A stretch of 64,000 nucleotides of DNA from the human T2T-CHM13v2.0 reference genome, Homo sapiens, in assembly GCF_009914755.1 (NCBI RefSeq), contig NC_060931.1; one strand, given 5' to 3'. The position numbers were made by a program, and so were the translations under genes. A model generated the notes under the pieces. That model was not told the origin of the DNA, did no database searches, and worked only from the letters and a program-made list of their open reading frames with translations. Of the stretch, positions 1-15,579 are shown one piece after another (within the stretch, counting starts at the first letter, position 1; each line of letters begins with the position of its first letter).

Positions 1-26
1 AACTGCAGTTTCCGAGTCAGTGTTCA
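1..26 (-). CDS. IGF2BP3: IGF2BP3 coding exon 5, 5' part (runs off the window)
   Basis: Minus strand tctcttcctctag|TGAACACTGACTCGGAAACTGCAGTT; with the last G of exon 4 gives VNTDSETAV. Intron 4 = 27-118 (92 bp). Confidence 0.95.
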
Positions 27-118
27 CTAGAGGAAGAGAAAAACGAAGAGAATAAAAGTTAGTTTTCTTTCTACTTCCTTCCTTTTACAAATTTGAAAGC
101 AATTCAGAAGACATGTAC

Positions 119-170
119 CTTGCTCACAGCTCTCCACCACTCCATACTGGACTAGTAAACTATCCAGCAC
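119..170 (-). CDS. IGF2BP3: IGF2BP3 coding exon 4 (52 bp), RRM2
   Basis: Minus strand ctcctgatag|GTGCTGGATAGTTTACTAGTCCAGTATGGAGTGGTGGAGAGCTGTGAGCAAG|gtacat = VLDSLLVQYGVVESCEQ; phase 0 joins in frame to exon 3. Confidence 0.97.
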
Positions 171-561
171 CTATCAGGAGGGGGAGAGAAAATTATAAAT
201 TTTGAGTTTCCCAAGTTATTATCAAGGGCAGGAATATGTCTTAAAATCACTAAGTAATTGTGATGGAAAAGAGCCAAAAAATTATCTGGGGCTTTGGACT
301 GCAGAACTAAGGGATGGATACCACAAATATCACACTCAGACTTGTCTCTTCTGCCCTCTCCTAGATCCCTGACATTAATCTCATTTCCTATGGCTAACCA
401 AGAACTGGCTCAGAAAAGTATGCAAAGCCACAGCCGCCTGGTTCCTGAGGCTGAAGGAGAAAGAGCATATATTTCTCATACATACACAAACACATCATCA
501 TACTTTCTCCTTGTAAACAAAGTCACTAGACAAGGAACCAAGTTACAAACTAAAGTTTAAC

Positions 562-712
562 AGGGCGCGGTGGCTCGCACCTGTAATCCTAGTACTTTGG
601 GAGGCCAAGATGGGAGCATAGCTTGAGGCCAGGAGTTCGAGACCAGCCTGGTCAACATAGTGAGACCCCCCATCTCTAAAAAATAAAGTAAAATAAAAAG
701 AGAAAAAAAAAA
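562..712 (+). mobile_element. Alu left monomer (FLAM-like)
   Basis: Single monomer with A tail; TSD aaactaaagttt. Confidence 0.85.
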
Positions 713-1164
713 CTAAAGTTTTATCTATAAGATGTTCTTTTCCAAAGGACTTCTTTTACAGCTCGAATGGTTCTTACAAAACAGATTGCTCAAGGCAGGC
801 TAGAAAAATGAAGACAGCACAGTGCATACTCTACCTGGAGTGGAATTTAAAGCCCAACATAAATACATAGACAGCAAAAGTGTGAAATGAAGCAAACATT
901 TCTAAGTCTACACGGGGTTGGGAAATGTACAATTTGAAGCTGTCTATGTTTTTACCATCTTTCCTGTAGCTGTATTATTATACTATGCATGTTATCCAAA
1001 TGGAGAGGCTGTTAGAACAGTAACTGTAAGTTTATTATAATATCAACTGCAGATGTACGTCTCATCAATATAAACCAAATTCAGGTGTCCTTAGCTTCTA
1101 AGAGCTATAGCAAAACAAAGTAAGTTTCTGTAAATTATAGCAAATTACTTACTCATCAGTTTAA

Positions 1165-1975
<811 letters not shown>

Positions 1976-2026
1976 GTTTTTCTTTTAAATAAGGTTAATA
2001 CCTATTTATGAGTGAAATGCCCTTTA

Positions 2027-2099
2027 TTTTTATTTGGTAAATTTCCTTTGCATGAGGTAAATTTAATTTTTATTTGGTAAATTTCTTTTGCATGAGGTA
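2027..2099. repeat. 40-bp-period tandem duplication
   Basis: tttttatttggtaaatttc(c/t)tttgcatgaggta x2. Confidence 0.9.
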
Positions 2100-2369
2100 T
2101 ACACACAGAAGCACATTAATCTTTGTCTCTGATTATAGCTATTCTTAAATCACAAAAAGACATTCAAATATTTCATGAGTGAAGTGAATACTTCATAGGA
2201 GGAAATCCTGGTATATCTTATAGGAAGAGTACTCTGTAAAAGTGCTTGTCTGTTTTATAGGTGAATTTGCCATGTGATGTTGATCACAGACACATTTTAT
2301 AAACGCCAAAAATTAAGAAACCTCTCACGTTGCCATTCAAAGATAAAATATACAACACATAATTCCTTA

Positions 2370-3053
<684 letters not shown>

Positions 3054-3173
3054 CTAAACAAAAATGAAATTTTTTCAATACGAAAAATGTTTTACTTCAT
3101 ACTTAAGTCAGAATTCTAACAAATTCATTCCACCTTCAGTAATGAAGTCAGGAGGAAAAGTATGTCTACCATT

Positions 3174-3725
<552 letters not shown>

Positions 3726-4017
3726 AAACATCCTTCTTAATTCTTCTGAAAAGCAATTTGTTCAGTAATTAAGTATATTAGTCTCCACACAGATTACCTT
3801 ATGCCACCTTAACTTTTATTACTCTTAGAGATAACACTACAAAAGTTAAACACCTGTGATCTATAAACAATACCGACTAAACCTACAATAATGTCAAGGC
3901 AACAAATGTTCTTCAAAAGCTACAGTGCCAAAGTGATAAATATTTATATACACACACATACAAATGATACAGGTAAATTTTTTAACTTAAAAAAAATCGG
4001 GGGACAATCCTTTCATG

Positions 4018-4438
4018 CTCTTCCTTTCCAAGTTAGGCCTGGTAGAATGGCTTCTACGAAGAAGGGTTGTGACAAGAAGGGCCGCTCTGCCACCAACAAG
4101 GTGATGACCTGAGAATGCATCATCATTTACAAGGGTATCCATGGAGTGGGCTTCAAGAAGACTGCCCCTGGGCATTCAAAGAGATCTGGAAATTTGTTAT
4201 GAAGGAGATGTGTTCACTGACATGAGGCTCAACAAAGTTGTCTGGGCCAAAGGAATAAGGAACGTCCTATACCACAATCTGTGAACAGCTGTCCAGGAAA
4301 TGTAATGAAAATGAAGATTCACCAAACGAGCTCCATATTTTGATTACCTATGTACCTGTTACCACTTTCAAAAATCTATAGTCAGTCAATGAGGATGAGA
4401 ACTAGCCACCGATCATCAAATATGTTAAAGTTATAAAA
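4018..4438 (+). pseudogene. RPL31 processed pseudogene
   Basis: 5'TOP ctcttcctttcc at 4018; ATG 4047 gives MASTKKGCDKKGRSATNKVMT* (RPL31 [23 protein letters not shown]); later [38 protein letters not shown] (TAG 4403-4405). Intronless, TGA at 4110, indels. Confidence 0.95.
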
Positions 4439-4537
4439 CCACACACACACACAAGTAGAAATATACATTAAAATTTTCACTGCATATATTCAAAACAAAA
4501 TTGCCTGTATAGTTAAATATTCTATTCCTAAGAATAG

Positions 4538-4918
<381 letters not shown>

Positions 4919-5417
4919 TAAATGGTGAGTTTTATTGTCTGTGAATAATACTTCAACAAGCATGGCTTTAAAACAAAGTAAAAAAGAAAAAAAAAAAAAA
5001 ACCACAAGCAAAAAAACCCCTCTAATCCTTAGAAGAAATAGGTGCAGAATCAATCTTGGTACCTAGCTGTGGAAAAAATTTAACAACACAACTTAGGAGA
5101 TTTTACATAGCCCCATAGATGGATTTCAGTGGATCTTTGATGTCTTACTCAAAGTTTCATGTACAAGGCTTGGAAGTAATGACAACAGAATAGGGAAAGG
5201 GCTGTCAATAGCCTAATAAGATTCCCAAATCTCAAAAGGATTTCCAACCCCCAAATGACTTGAACTGTACTATAGTAATCCCATCAATCTTAAGGCAGGC
5301 CATTATTTGAATATGCTCTTTTATATCAAGGCCTATCAAATGGTATCATGCCACTCCAGCCCACTGAACTCTCAAAGAATAAATACAACTTACACTTGGT
5401 AAGTTCTCACATTTTGC

Positions 5418-5706
5418 TTTTTTTTTTTTTTTTTTTTTAAAGACAGAGTCTTACTGGAGTGCAGTGACATGATCTTGGCTCACTGCAACCTCCGCCTCAC
5501 AGGCTCAAGCCATTCTTGTGCCTCAGCTTCCTGAGTAGCTGGGATTACATGCATGTGCCACCACGCCTGGCTACTTTTTGTATTATAGTAGAGACAAAGT
5601 TTTGCCATGTTGGCCAGGCTAGTCCCGAATTCCTGAGCTCAAGTGATCTGCCTGCCTCAGCCTTCCCAAATGCTGGGATTATAAGTGTGAGCCACAGTGT
5701 CCGGCC
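5418..5706 (-). mobile_element. Alu
   Basis: Full dimer; TSD cattttgctt. Confidence 0.92.
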
Positions 5707-6147
5707 GCATTTTGCTTAATTCTGCATTAAACAGGAAGATAAGACAGTGTTCCTGTTACCTGTCACATAAGCTACTTATGCACCTGTTTTTGTCTCCTAG
5801 ATTCTTGTCCCCTCTCAGTACTGCTAATCATTCTATGTCAGCCACAAATACTTCTTTTAAACAGTCTTAAAGGCCAAAAAAAAAACCACGAAAAAAAACA
5901 AAAAGCTTTCCACTCTATATTTCCAACACTTTCACAAGTTCCCATACCTAAATAAAATCTTAAACCAGAAAGGAAACATTTCTCTATGCTTAGGTAAGTT
6001 TAAATTCCAACGACAGGGGAGGGAGGAAGGGGTATAAATGCAAAGTAAAGCCTCATAGAAAATGTCTTTCTAGAATTCCCCCGTTATGTATTTAGGACGT
6101 GAAACCCTCAAATGTTCAGCCTTTTTAAAAAAAAAAAGTTCATCCAC

Positions 6148-6460
<313 letters not shown>

Positions 6461-6704
6461 TCATTCAAATGTATAAACAGTACAGAAAGAATCACATGAA
6501 AAATGCAAAGATTATCACTTCCTGAATGTAATGGTACAAAATTAAGATCACTCATAATAGTCTGAAGTAGAAACAACCCGAATGAATGCTTACTGACTGA
6601 TGAATGGAAACAAAATGTGGTATATTTGTACAATGGAATATTATTCAACCATAAAAGGGAGGTACTTATACATGCTGCAACAGACAGACCTTGAAAGTAT
6701 TATG

Positions 6705-6773
6705 GTTACCTTGTTAGTATAGCGAAGACAGAAAGAGAGAAAGAGAGAGAGAAAGAAAAGAAAGAAAGAAAAA

Positions 6774-6829
<56 letters not shown>

Positions 6830-6832
6830 AAA
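6705..6832 (+). pseudogene. Short retro-insertion resembling the tRNA-Asp(GTC) 5' end, tail expanded to (GAAA)n
   Basis: accttgttagtatagcg (6708-6724) vs tcctcgttagtatagtg (14/17); flanked by gaaagtattatg (6693-6704) / gaaggcattatg (6833-6844). Confidence 0.5.
6731..6832. repeat. (GAAA)n microsatellite
   Basis: Direct read. Confidence 0.95.
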
Positions 6833-6942
6833 GAAGGCATTATGCTAAATGAAAACAGTCACAAAAAACTACTTATTATATGATTTTTGTTTGTATGAAA
6901 TGTCCAGAATAGGGAACTCTACGATAGACAGAAAGTAGATTA

Positions 6943-7375
<433 letters not shown>

Positions 7376-7505
7376 AATTGTACACTTTAAATGGTGAATT
7401 GCATAGTATGTGAATTATATCTCAATAAAGCTGTTAAAAAAATACTAAAAGCAACTTTACCAGGTAATGGCCTAGTTTTGCCTTTTAAACTCTGAAGTAT
7501 TATTG

Positions 7506-7530
7506 ATCACTTCTTGGCCTTTTGGCCAAG
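7506..7530 (+). pseudogene. U2 snRNA 5'-end fragment
   Basis: atcacttcttggccttttggccaag vs U2 nt 1-25 atcgcttctcggccttttggctaag (22/25; two differences are CpG transitions). Confidence 0.8.
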
Positions 7531-7534
7531 CATC

Positions 7535-8013
7535 ATCCACAGAACCGGCCTAGTCTGGTTCAGCTTTGTGTGACAAAATGGTGATTTGTTCTTCAGTTGC
7601 CATGGATCCCCAGGTTGCAAGTTCTGTAACCTGAGCCTGTCCAGATGAACCACGCATGCAACCACAAGCAGAACCTAAGTGCCTGGACCGAGACAGGACC
7701 AAATTAAGAAGTGGACACCACATGACATGATCCATGATCCAATCAGATTGAGCCCTGGTGTCACCTCCTGGTATGATCCAGTCAGATCACACCTCCTGGC
7801 ATCACATCATTGTAAGATTCAATCAGATCATACCTCATTACCCTCTGTCTATAAAATATGTCCCAGCCCCCAGCTGGGGGAGACAGATTTGAACCTGACT
7901 GTCTCCTTGCTTGACAGTCTTACCACGAACTTTTCTCTTTACAAAAGAACCTATGCTTTGGTGTTTGCTTTCCATTGCACATGGACAAACAGAACCAGTT
8001 TGGTTCAGTAACA
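7535..8013 (+). mobile_element. Solo LTR, LTR47-like (ERVL)
   Basis: gaaccggcctagtctggttcagc start, repeated ccaatcagat units, TATAAAA at ~7850, ends ggttcagtaaca; possible 5-bp TSD gcatc/gtatc. Confidence 0.7.
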
Positions 8014-9059
8014 GTATCATTGAAATACAGAATAAACTGCAAGAAATTTGATTCACTTTGACATTATGTATACACTCACTAAACTATCACCATCATGACA
8101 AGTTTCTTCATGCTTCTCTTCAATCTAGTAGCCTAGTTTATTGACACATATAGAGATCACTGCAATAAAGACAGTTTAAAAAACTGTCTTTGACCTGCAA
8201 CGTGATCAGATTTTCTCAGCCACATACCAGATATATCCCCACCTCCCTCACAAAACTGGCTGTATTTTAGTTGATACCACTATGGGCGTGAGGTAGATAA
8301 TTTATGTTCTGCAGATAAGCCTTCTGCTGACTGCTTATTCTGCATACCCACTGCTCAAGTCCCATCACTCCTGGGCTATCTGAACCAAGTCTGATTAGCA
8401 TGCTTGCCTGTAGCCTAACACTCCATGACTATATCCTCCTGCCAGCAGTTACTACCCTTCTGTGGTTTCAAATTGCCAGTATAACTTGTCCAAACTTCAA
8501 CATGGCATAAGAGGTTGTCAGTTACCTGGTACTACTTCTCTCTTCCATATATCCAACATACTTCCCACACCTATGCTCTAGTCACGCCCTCAAAACTGGG
8601 TAAAGTACCTCTCTCGTCATCTCCCTAATACCCATTCTTGGAAATGAAAGCAATGTCACTTTATAATCTCTTTCCTGATCTTTATTTTCCCACTAGACTA
8701 GTGATTATTAACCATAGTGATGTGATTGTCAGGTGTGTCACAGTAATCTAGTTTTCAGAGTCACACTGACTTCCATGCTTAAGCTGGCAGGTAATTTATC
8801 ATACATACGATCTTAGATTCCAAATCTTTTTTATTTGACTGTTACATTTGCCTTATGTGTTTCAGAAGATGGAACAACAATGTCGGGCATTATAGTCTGT
8901 GTACCAATATATATCCTGAAAATCTCTCTGGAAATGGGTTACTCCTTCAATGTGGCTCTAACACAGAGCTGCACTATCCCATAAACCTCATAAGGGAAGG
9001 GGCCATGTCTTACCTTTGAACTCACTGCTCAGGATCTGTGATGAACAATAAAAGGTTAA

Positions 9060-9448
<389 letters not shown>

Positions 9449-10287
9449 TAATAATATAAGCAAACAGGTATTTGTCAGGAATTTATACAAAAGATATAGA
9501 AGTGGAACAAGCATTACAAAAATCACAGTGAGATTAAAGTATTAATAAAATGCAAAGCGGGATATTTAATGCTTACTTGCCCCAACAAACACCTTGCCAA
9601 CACACACACACACACACACACACCCTTCCAAGCACCAAAGCCAATGTCAGTCATTGGGGAGGGGTTTCTAGAAAGGAGTCACCTTGACTACTACTCATTG
9701 CAACAAGAGAGGCAAAAAGTCTCCACAGAATCACCCTTAGCGCTAGGGATATGGAGATGAAGGGAACATCCTTCAAACAGCTCAGCACAGTTTATACAAA
9801 CAGGAACTACTTATCTGTCATGGGCAAGATCATCTCAGGAACTGTTCTTTTACATCTATTTGTGAGAAATGGCTATATTACAAAATGAAGAACAATCTGT
9901 ATTGCAGGTTCCAAATAATCATTTCCAGTTAAATATTGATATATAATTCTAAAACAAAATAAAGAAATATCCACCTTAATGTATATTTCTCTAAAATGTT
10001 AGCACCGTAATTACTTGGATAACACTCAAACCATTCCTCACACTGGTGTGAAAATGACTGTCAAGTTAAGAAAGCCAGCACCACAGACCAGACCATTAAT
10101 AAGATTGTAAACCATGCTGCATATCCCCTTTATCATCGAAAAGCCCCAGAGGGAAGCTCAGCCTCCATCATACCACACGGAGCAAAGCGTCCCAACTTTC
10201 TAGCCACTTTCAATGTTCACAAGTTAGATCCTCTAACATGGGGAGGAGATGATGCTTTAGGACTCCTAGGAGTCATGTGATCAGAGC

Positions 10288-10366
10288 CTCTGAGAGAGAA
10301 CAGTCCAAGTTATCCGGCCACACTGGACTCTCTGAGAGAGAACAGTCCAACAATCCAGCCACACTG
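10288..10366. repeat. ~42-bp-period tandem duplication
   Basis: ctctgagagagaacagtccaa..atcc(g/a)gccacactg x2. Confidence 0.9.
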
Positions 10367-10446
10367 AAGTCACAGTGGAAAAACCGAATCCAGAGCTTAA
10401 GGGGCTTACGTTATGTTTCTCTTTGGCAATGCTGAGCTAGACTGAT

Positions 10447-11060
10447 TTTTATTTTTAATTTATTTTTTATTTCAATAGGTTTTTGGAGAATAGGTCGTAT
10501 TTGGTTACATGAATAAGTTTTTTTTTTTTCTTTTTTGAGATGGAGTCTCACTCTGTCACCCAGGCTGGAGTGCAGTGGCACGATCTTGGCTCACCGCAAC
10601 CTCCGCCACCCGGGGTTCAAGCGATTCTTCTGCCTCAGCCTCCCAAGTAGCTGGGACTACAGGCACGTGCCTCCACCCCCGGCTGATTTTTGTATTTTTA
10701 GTAGAGATGGGGTTTCACTATGTTGGCCAGGCTGGCCTCAAACTCCTGACCTCGTGATCTGCCCCCCCTGGCCTCCCAAAGTGCTGGGATTACAGGTGTG
10801 AGCCACTGTGTCTGGCTTACGTGAATAAGTTCTTTAGTGGTGATTTCTGAGATTTTGGTGCACCCATCACCCAGGTAGTGTATACTGTACCCAACATGTA
10901 CTCTTTTATACCTCACCCTCCTCCCACCCTTTCCGCCGAGTACCCAAAGTCCATTGTATCATTCTTATGCCTTCACATCCTCATAACTTAACTCCCACTT
11001 ATGAGTGAGAGCATACGACGTTTGGTTTTTCCATTCCTGAGTTACTTCACTTAGAATAAT
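10447..11060 (-). mobile_element. L1PB-like 3' end containing an Alu
   Basis: cccacttatgagtgag..cctgagttacttcacttagaataat 3'UTR motifs, T-rich tail; TSD ctagactgatttt at ~10437 and ~11067. Confidence 0.85.
10518..10816 (-). mobile_element. AluS inside L1PB
   Basis: TSD ttac(a/g)tgaataagtt. Confidence 0.92.
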
Positions 11061-11224
11061 ACGGAACTAGACTGATTTTAAAAGCCGAGCAGAACAAGTC
11101 ACACCCTACTATAAACTCTAAGAGATCCCTAACAAGTGCCCTGAAGGCCGTGTTCCACTCATCCTTTAAGGCCATTCTCTTCTCTCCAACCACACCAGCC
11201 TTCGTTCAGTCATGAATCAGGGCT

Positions 11225-11445
11225 GCTAACATTTGAGTGCTTTCTGGCAGCAGCATTGTCCCAAATGCTTTATCTACTTTAACTCAAATCCACACAATCC
11301 CATGAAGCAACATTATTCCATGTTATAGATGGGCAAGCTGCAGCACAGAAAAGTTCACAGTGTCAGAACTTGGACAGATAAATGCTGGAGAAATGATTCA
11401 AACTCCAGCTCACAGATTCCAGAGCCCATACTCTTAATCACTTGG
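11225..11445. mobile_element. MIR
   Basis: aacatttgagtgct..cattattccatgttatagatg..gattcaaactccag..ccagagccc..tcttaatcac. Confidence 0.6.
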
Positions 11446-11844
11446 TCTAATAAGTTGCCTCATTTCCCTATGCAATTTAAATAAAATATAAATACACCGA
11501 CGGAAACCAGTTCAATCCTTACTCGGCCATTACCTGCACTAGAAAATCAAATCTGTCCATAGGCAGGTTAAGAGCTTTATTAACTCCCATGTATCCCCTT
11601 GCTCATGTTCCAAGTACTAAATACGATACTTCTATACATCTTAGTCAGAAGAAGGTACTAGCCAGCATTAACTTGTGCTACATTTTACTCACAGAAATGC
11701 TCATAAAAACATTCAAAATAGTTCAATGTTAGGTGGTTTTTGAACCACCTGCTTTCAAAACAGGGACTTCCCCCAACCCCTAGAAGAAACCACTGTCGCT
11801 TTGGTGGGGTCTCTCCAGGTGTTTTTAGAAGTGTGTGTGTCACA

Positions 11845-12720
11845 CGAAAAGACGCTCTGCACCATTAGTCATTAGGGAAATGTAAATCAAAACCACAAGG
11901 AGATACCACTTCACCTCCATTAGAATGGCCATAATTTTTTAAAAAGAAGGAAAATATGACTCAAGGGGCATCATAAAAAGAAAAACAAAGGAAAATAATG
12001 AGTGTTGACACAGATGTGGAAAAATCAAAACCCTCATACATTGCTGGATAAAATGGTGCAGCTGCTATGAAAAACAGTACAGCAGTTCCTCAAAAAAAAT
12101 TAAAAATAGACCTACCATATGATCCAGCAATTCCACTTCTGGGTATTGATATGGTTTGAACATTGTGTCTTCTTCGAATCTCATGCTGAAATGCGATCCC
12201 CAGTGTTGGGGATGGGGCCAGGTGGGAGGTGTTAGGGTCATGGGGGCAGACCCTTCATAAATGGCTTGGTGCCATCCTTGAGGTAACAAGTGATTTATTG
12301 CTCTGTGAGCTCACATGAGATCTGGTTGTTTTAAAAGAGGCTGGAACTTCCTTTTCTCTCTTGCTCCCTCTCATGCCATGTGACATGCCCACTCCCCTCT
12401 ACCTTTCACCATGAGTAAATGCTTTCTGGGCCTTGCCAGAAGCTGAGCAGATGCTGGAGCCATGCTGGTATAGCCTGAGGAACTGTGAGCCAAATAAACC
12501 TATTTTCTTTACAAGGTACCCAGCCTCAGGTATTCCTTTACAGCAACACAAATGCACTAACCGAGTATACGTCCAAAAGAACTGAACACAGGGACTCAAA
12601 GAAGTACTTCTACACCCATGTTCATGGGAGCATTATTCAAAATAGCCAATAATTGAAAGGTGAAAGCAACCCAAGCATCCTCTGACTAATGAATGGATAA
12701 AACAAAACATGGTACATATA
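11845..12720 (+). mobile_element. L1M ORF2-end/3'UTR fragment
   Basis: aaatcaaaaccacaaggagataccacttcac..gatccagcaattccacttctgggtat. Confidence 0.8.
12147..12563 (+). mobile_element. MSTB-like MaLR LTR inserted in an L1M
   Basis: tgatatggtttg...aatctcatgctgaaatg...aactgtgagccaaataaacc...cagcaacacaaatgcactaa. Confidence 0.85.
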
Positions 12721-12722
12721 AA

Positions 12723-12825
12723 CAGTCATCCCTCGGTATCTGTGAGGGATTGGTTTCAGCAACCCCCTACCTTGGATACCAAAATTCACAGATGCTCAAG
12801 TCCCTTATATAAAAATAGTATAGTA
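12723..12825 (+). mobile_element. MER2 (Tigger-type) terminal fragment
   Basis: cagtcatccctcggtatctgtgagggattggtt...gatgctcaagtcccttatataaaa. Confidence 0.75.
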
Positions 12826-12827
12826 GA

Positions 12828-13125
12828 GGCTGGGCATGGTGGCTCAAATCCATAATCCCAGCTCTTTGGGAGGCCAAGTTATCACTTGAAGCAAGGGATC
12901 AATTGAGGCCAAGAGTTTGAGACCAGCCTGGGCAACATAGGAAAGACCCCATCTCTACAAAAATAAAAATAATTAGCCAGATGTGGTGGTGAGTGCCTGT
13001 ACTCCCAGCTACTCGGGAGGCTGGGGTGGTAGGACTGCTTGAACCCAGAGTTAGGAGGATGCAGTGAGCTATGATGACGCCACTGCACTCCACCCTGGGT
13101 GACAGAGTGAGACTCTGTCTCCAAT
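12828..13125 (+). mobile_element. AluJ
   Basis: Full dimer, tail decayed to (GAT)n. Confidence 0.88.
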
Positions 13126-13180
13126 AGTGACGATGATGATGATGATAAATAAGTAAAAGTATAAAAAGAAAATGATTTGA

Positions 13181-13423
13181 TATCGGGGGAAATTCACCCC
13201 CGATATTTCACATAGGTTCTTTTCTATATTCCCTAAGTGTCGGCCGGTCTGAGAAATAAAGGGACAGAGTACAAAAGAGAGAAATTTTAAAGCTAGGTGT
13301 CTGGGGGAGACATCACATGTCGGCAGGTTCCGTGATAAATGTCCATGAAATCTTCACAGTTTATGTTCTTCTGCCAAGGCTTCAGCCGGTCCCCCCGTTC
13401 AGGGTCCCTGACTTCCCGCAACA
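13181..13423 (-). mobile_element. MER11 (HERV-K11/HML-8) solo LTR with large internal deletion
   Basis: Minus strand starts TGTTGCGGGAAGTCAGGGACCC and ends GAATTTCCCCCGATA; only 243 bp; 6-bp TSD atttga/atttta. Confidence 0.88.
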
Positions 13424-14719
13424 ATTTTATATTATGTGAATTTCTCAATTTTTAAAAAGGTATGTGTATATGCTCATATATTCACATATATACCCAAAGA
13501 GCAATATTTGTTGAGTTTTAAATTTTCACACTAGAGTGTCAAATACTGTTTTAAACATTTTATATAATCCATCTTATTTATGCCTCAGAATGTAGCAATT
13601 ATCCCCATTTCATATATGAATAAACTGAGGTCGATTTTAAGTAACTTGCTTAAGTATGACATTCCTTATCTTGCTACCCTCCCCCACCACCCCAATCTGT
13701 CATCTTGGTGATCCATCCGTGTTGGTAAATGCAAACCTTTGGAACTGCCACATGGAATTCAATAGGTGGGAGTCCCAGCTATTGATCTGCTATCTTTCTT
13801 TCATTCCACCCCCTTCAGGCATAGGGTCCCCCAACATGCCACACAGTCTGGGGGAGTCAAGCAAAGAACTAGGACAGCACTGACTGCCCAGGCCCCCTTC
13901 TAGGCTTTTCGCCGCTAAAACAAAATGCAAAGGCTAGAGAATCCTAGAAGCAAACACCAGTTTTAGTAACTAGCTTACTCCTTTAGCAGAAAGGCAGGAA
14001 TACCACTCCAAACAGCTATAAATTACTAGAGAAAAAGGGAAAGACAGCAGTTCAGAACAAAGCCTGATTACAACTCCAAACATAATTCTGGTAAAATCAC
14101 AGAATAAGAAGTGAATTTTCTAAATGAGGTGATAAATGTCCACGATTGTATGGTCTCCAAAAGCAGTAGCAGACCATCCCAGATGCTGGCATTTTACCCA
14201 CTACCCCTATTTAAAGCTTAGTTTAAAAGTAAGAATAAAAGCAACTGGAGGAGGAGAAGAGGTAGATTCCAAAGTCAATAATGATAGGAATGTTTCCTAC
14301 AAGAATTAGTCCTTCAGGTGTGCAGCAGTTATCCTTCTGGCTCTATGGGGCCTTATAATAAAATTCCTAAACTAGTTCAATAAAGGGAAAAAAGAAAACT
14401 CAATCTCTCACTACCGACTTATGCTATAGAATTGAATTTAGCATGAGCAGTTCTCAACATCCCATCAATAGGTGCAGTTAAGAATACCACACTACATGAA
14501 AACACATGATTTGGTAAAACTGACTTTAAAATACACAAATAATTTTGGGAAAACACAGCAGCTCCACTTGCAAAAGGGCAAAGGAATCACAGCTAACAGA
14601 TGCTAACATCAACATACAGCACTAACAAGGGATCACTGGAAGAAGTCTTAAACTCTGCTGGGAGGAGTGTTACTTGAGATATTTCTCAAAATAAATTTAG
14701 CAATTAAAAAAAGCCTTGA

Positions 14720-15325
<606 letters not shown>

Positions 15326-15579
15326 AACCTTGAAAGATTGCTAATCTTTGACCTGCTAATTTTATTTCTGTTCAATTGTCACTAAAGAAATCAGCAGGAA
15401 TGTGGGTGTAAATTCATCCACAGATATGTTCACAACTGTGGTAATGGTTAAACATGAGGAATGGTTAAGTAAATTACCAGTTACACATAGAACAGAAAAA
15501 ACATCCATTATAAACTTAAGGAGTCCAATTACATAATGTTTATGACAAAATTTAAAAAAAAAACTGTGCTAAAAAGAAA

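Noticed and set aside
2027-2099. Duplicated tttgcatg as an Oct/Sox element
   Set aside because: Octamer imperfect, Sox half absent; simple tandem duplication.
3891-4112. ORF extending upstream into the RPL31 pseudogene start
   Set aside because: Chance in-frame extension ending at the pseudogene's premature TGA.
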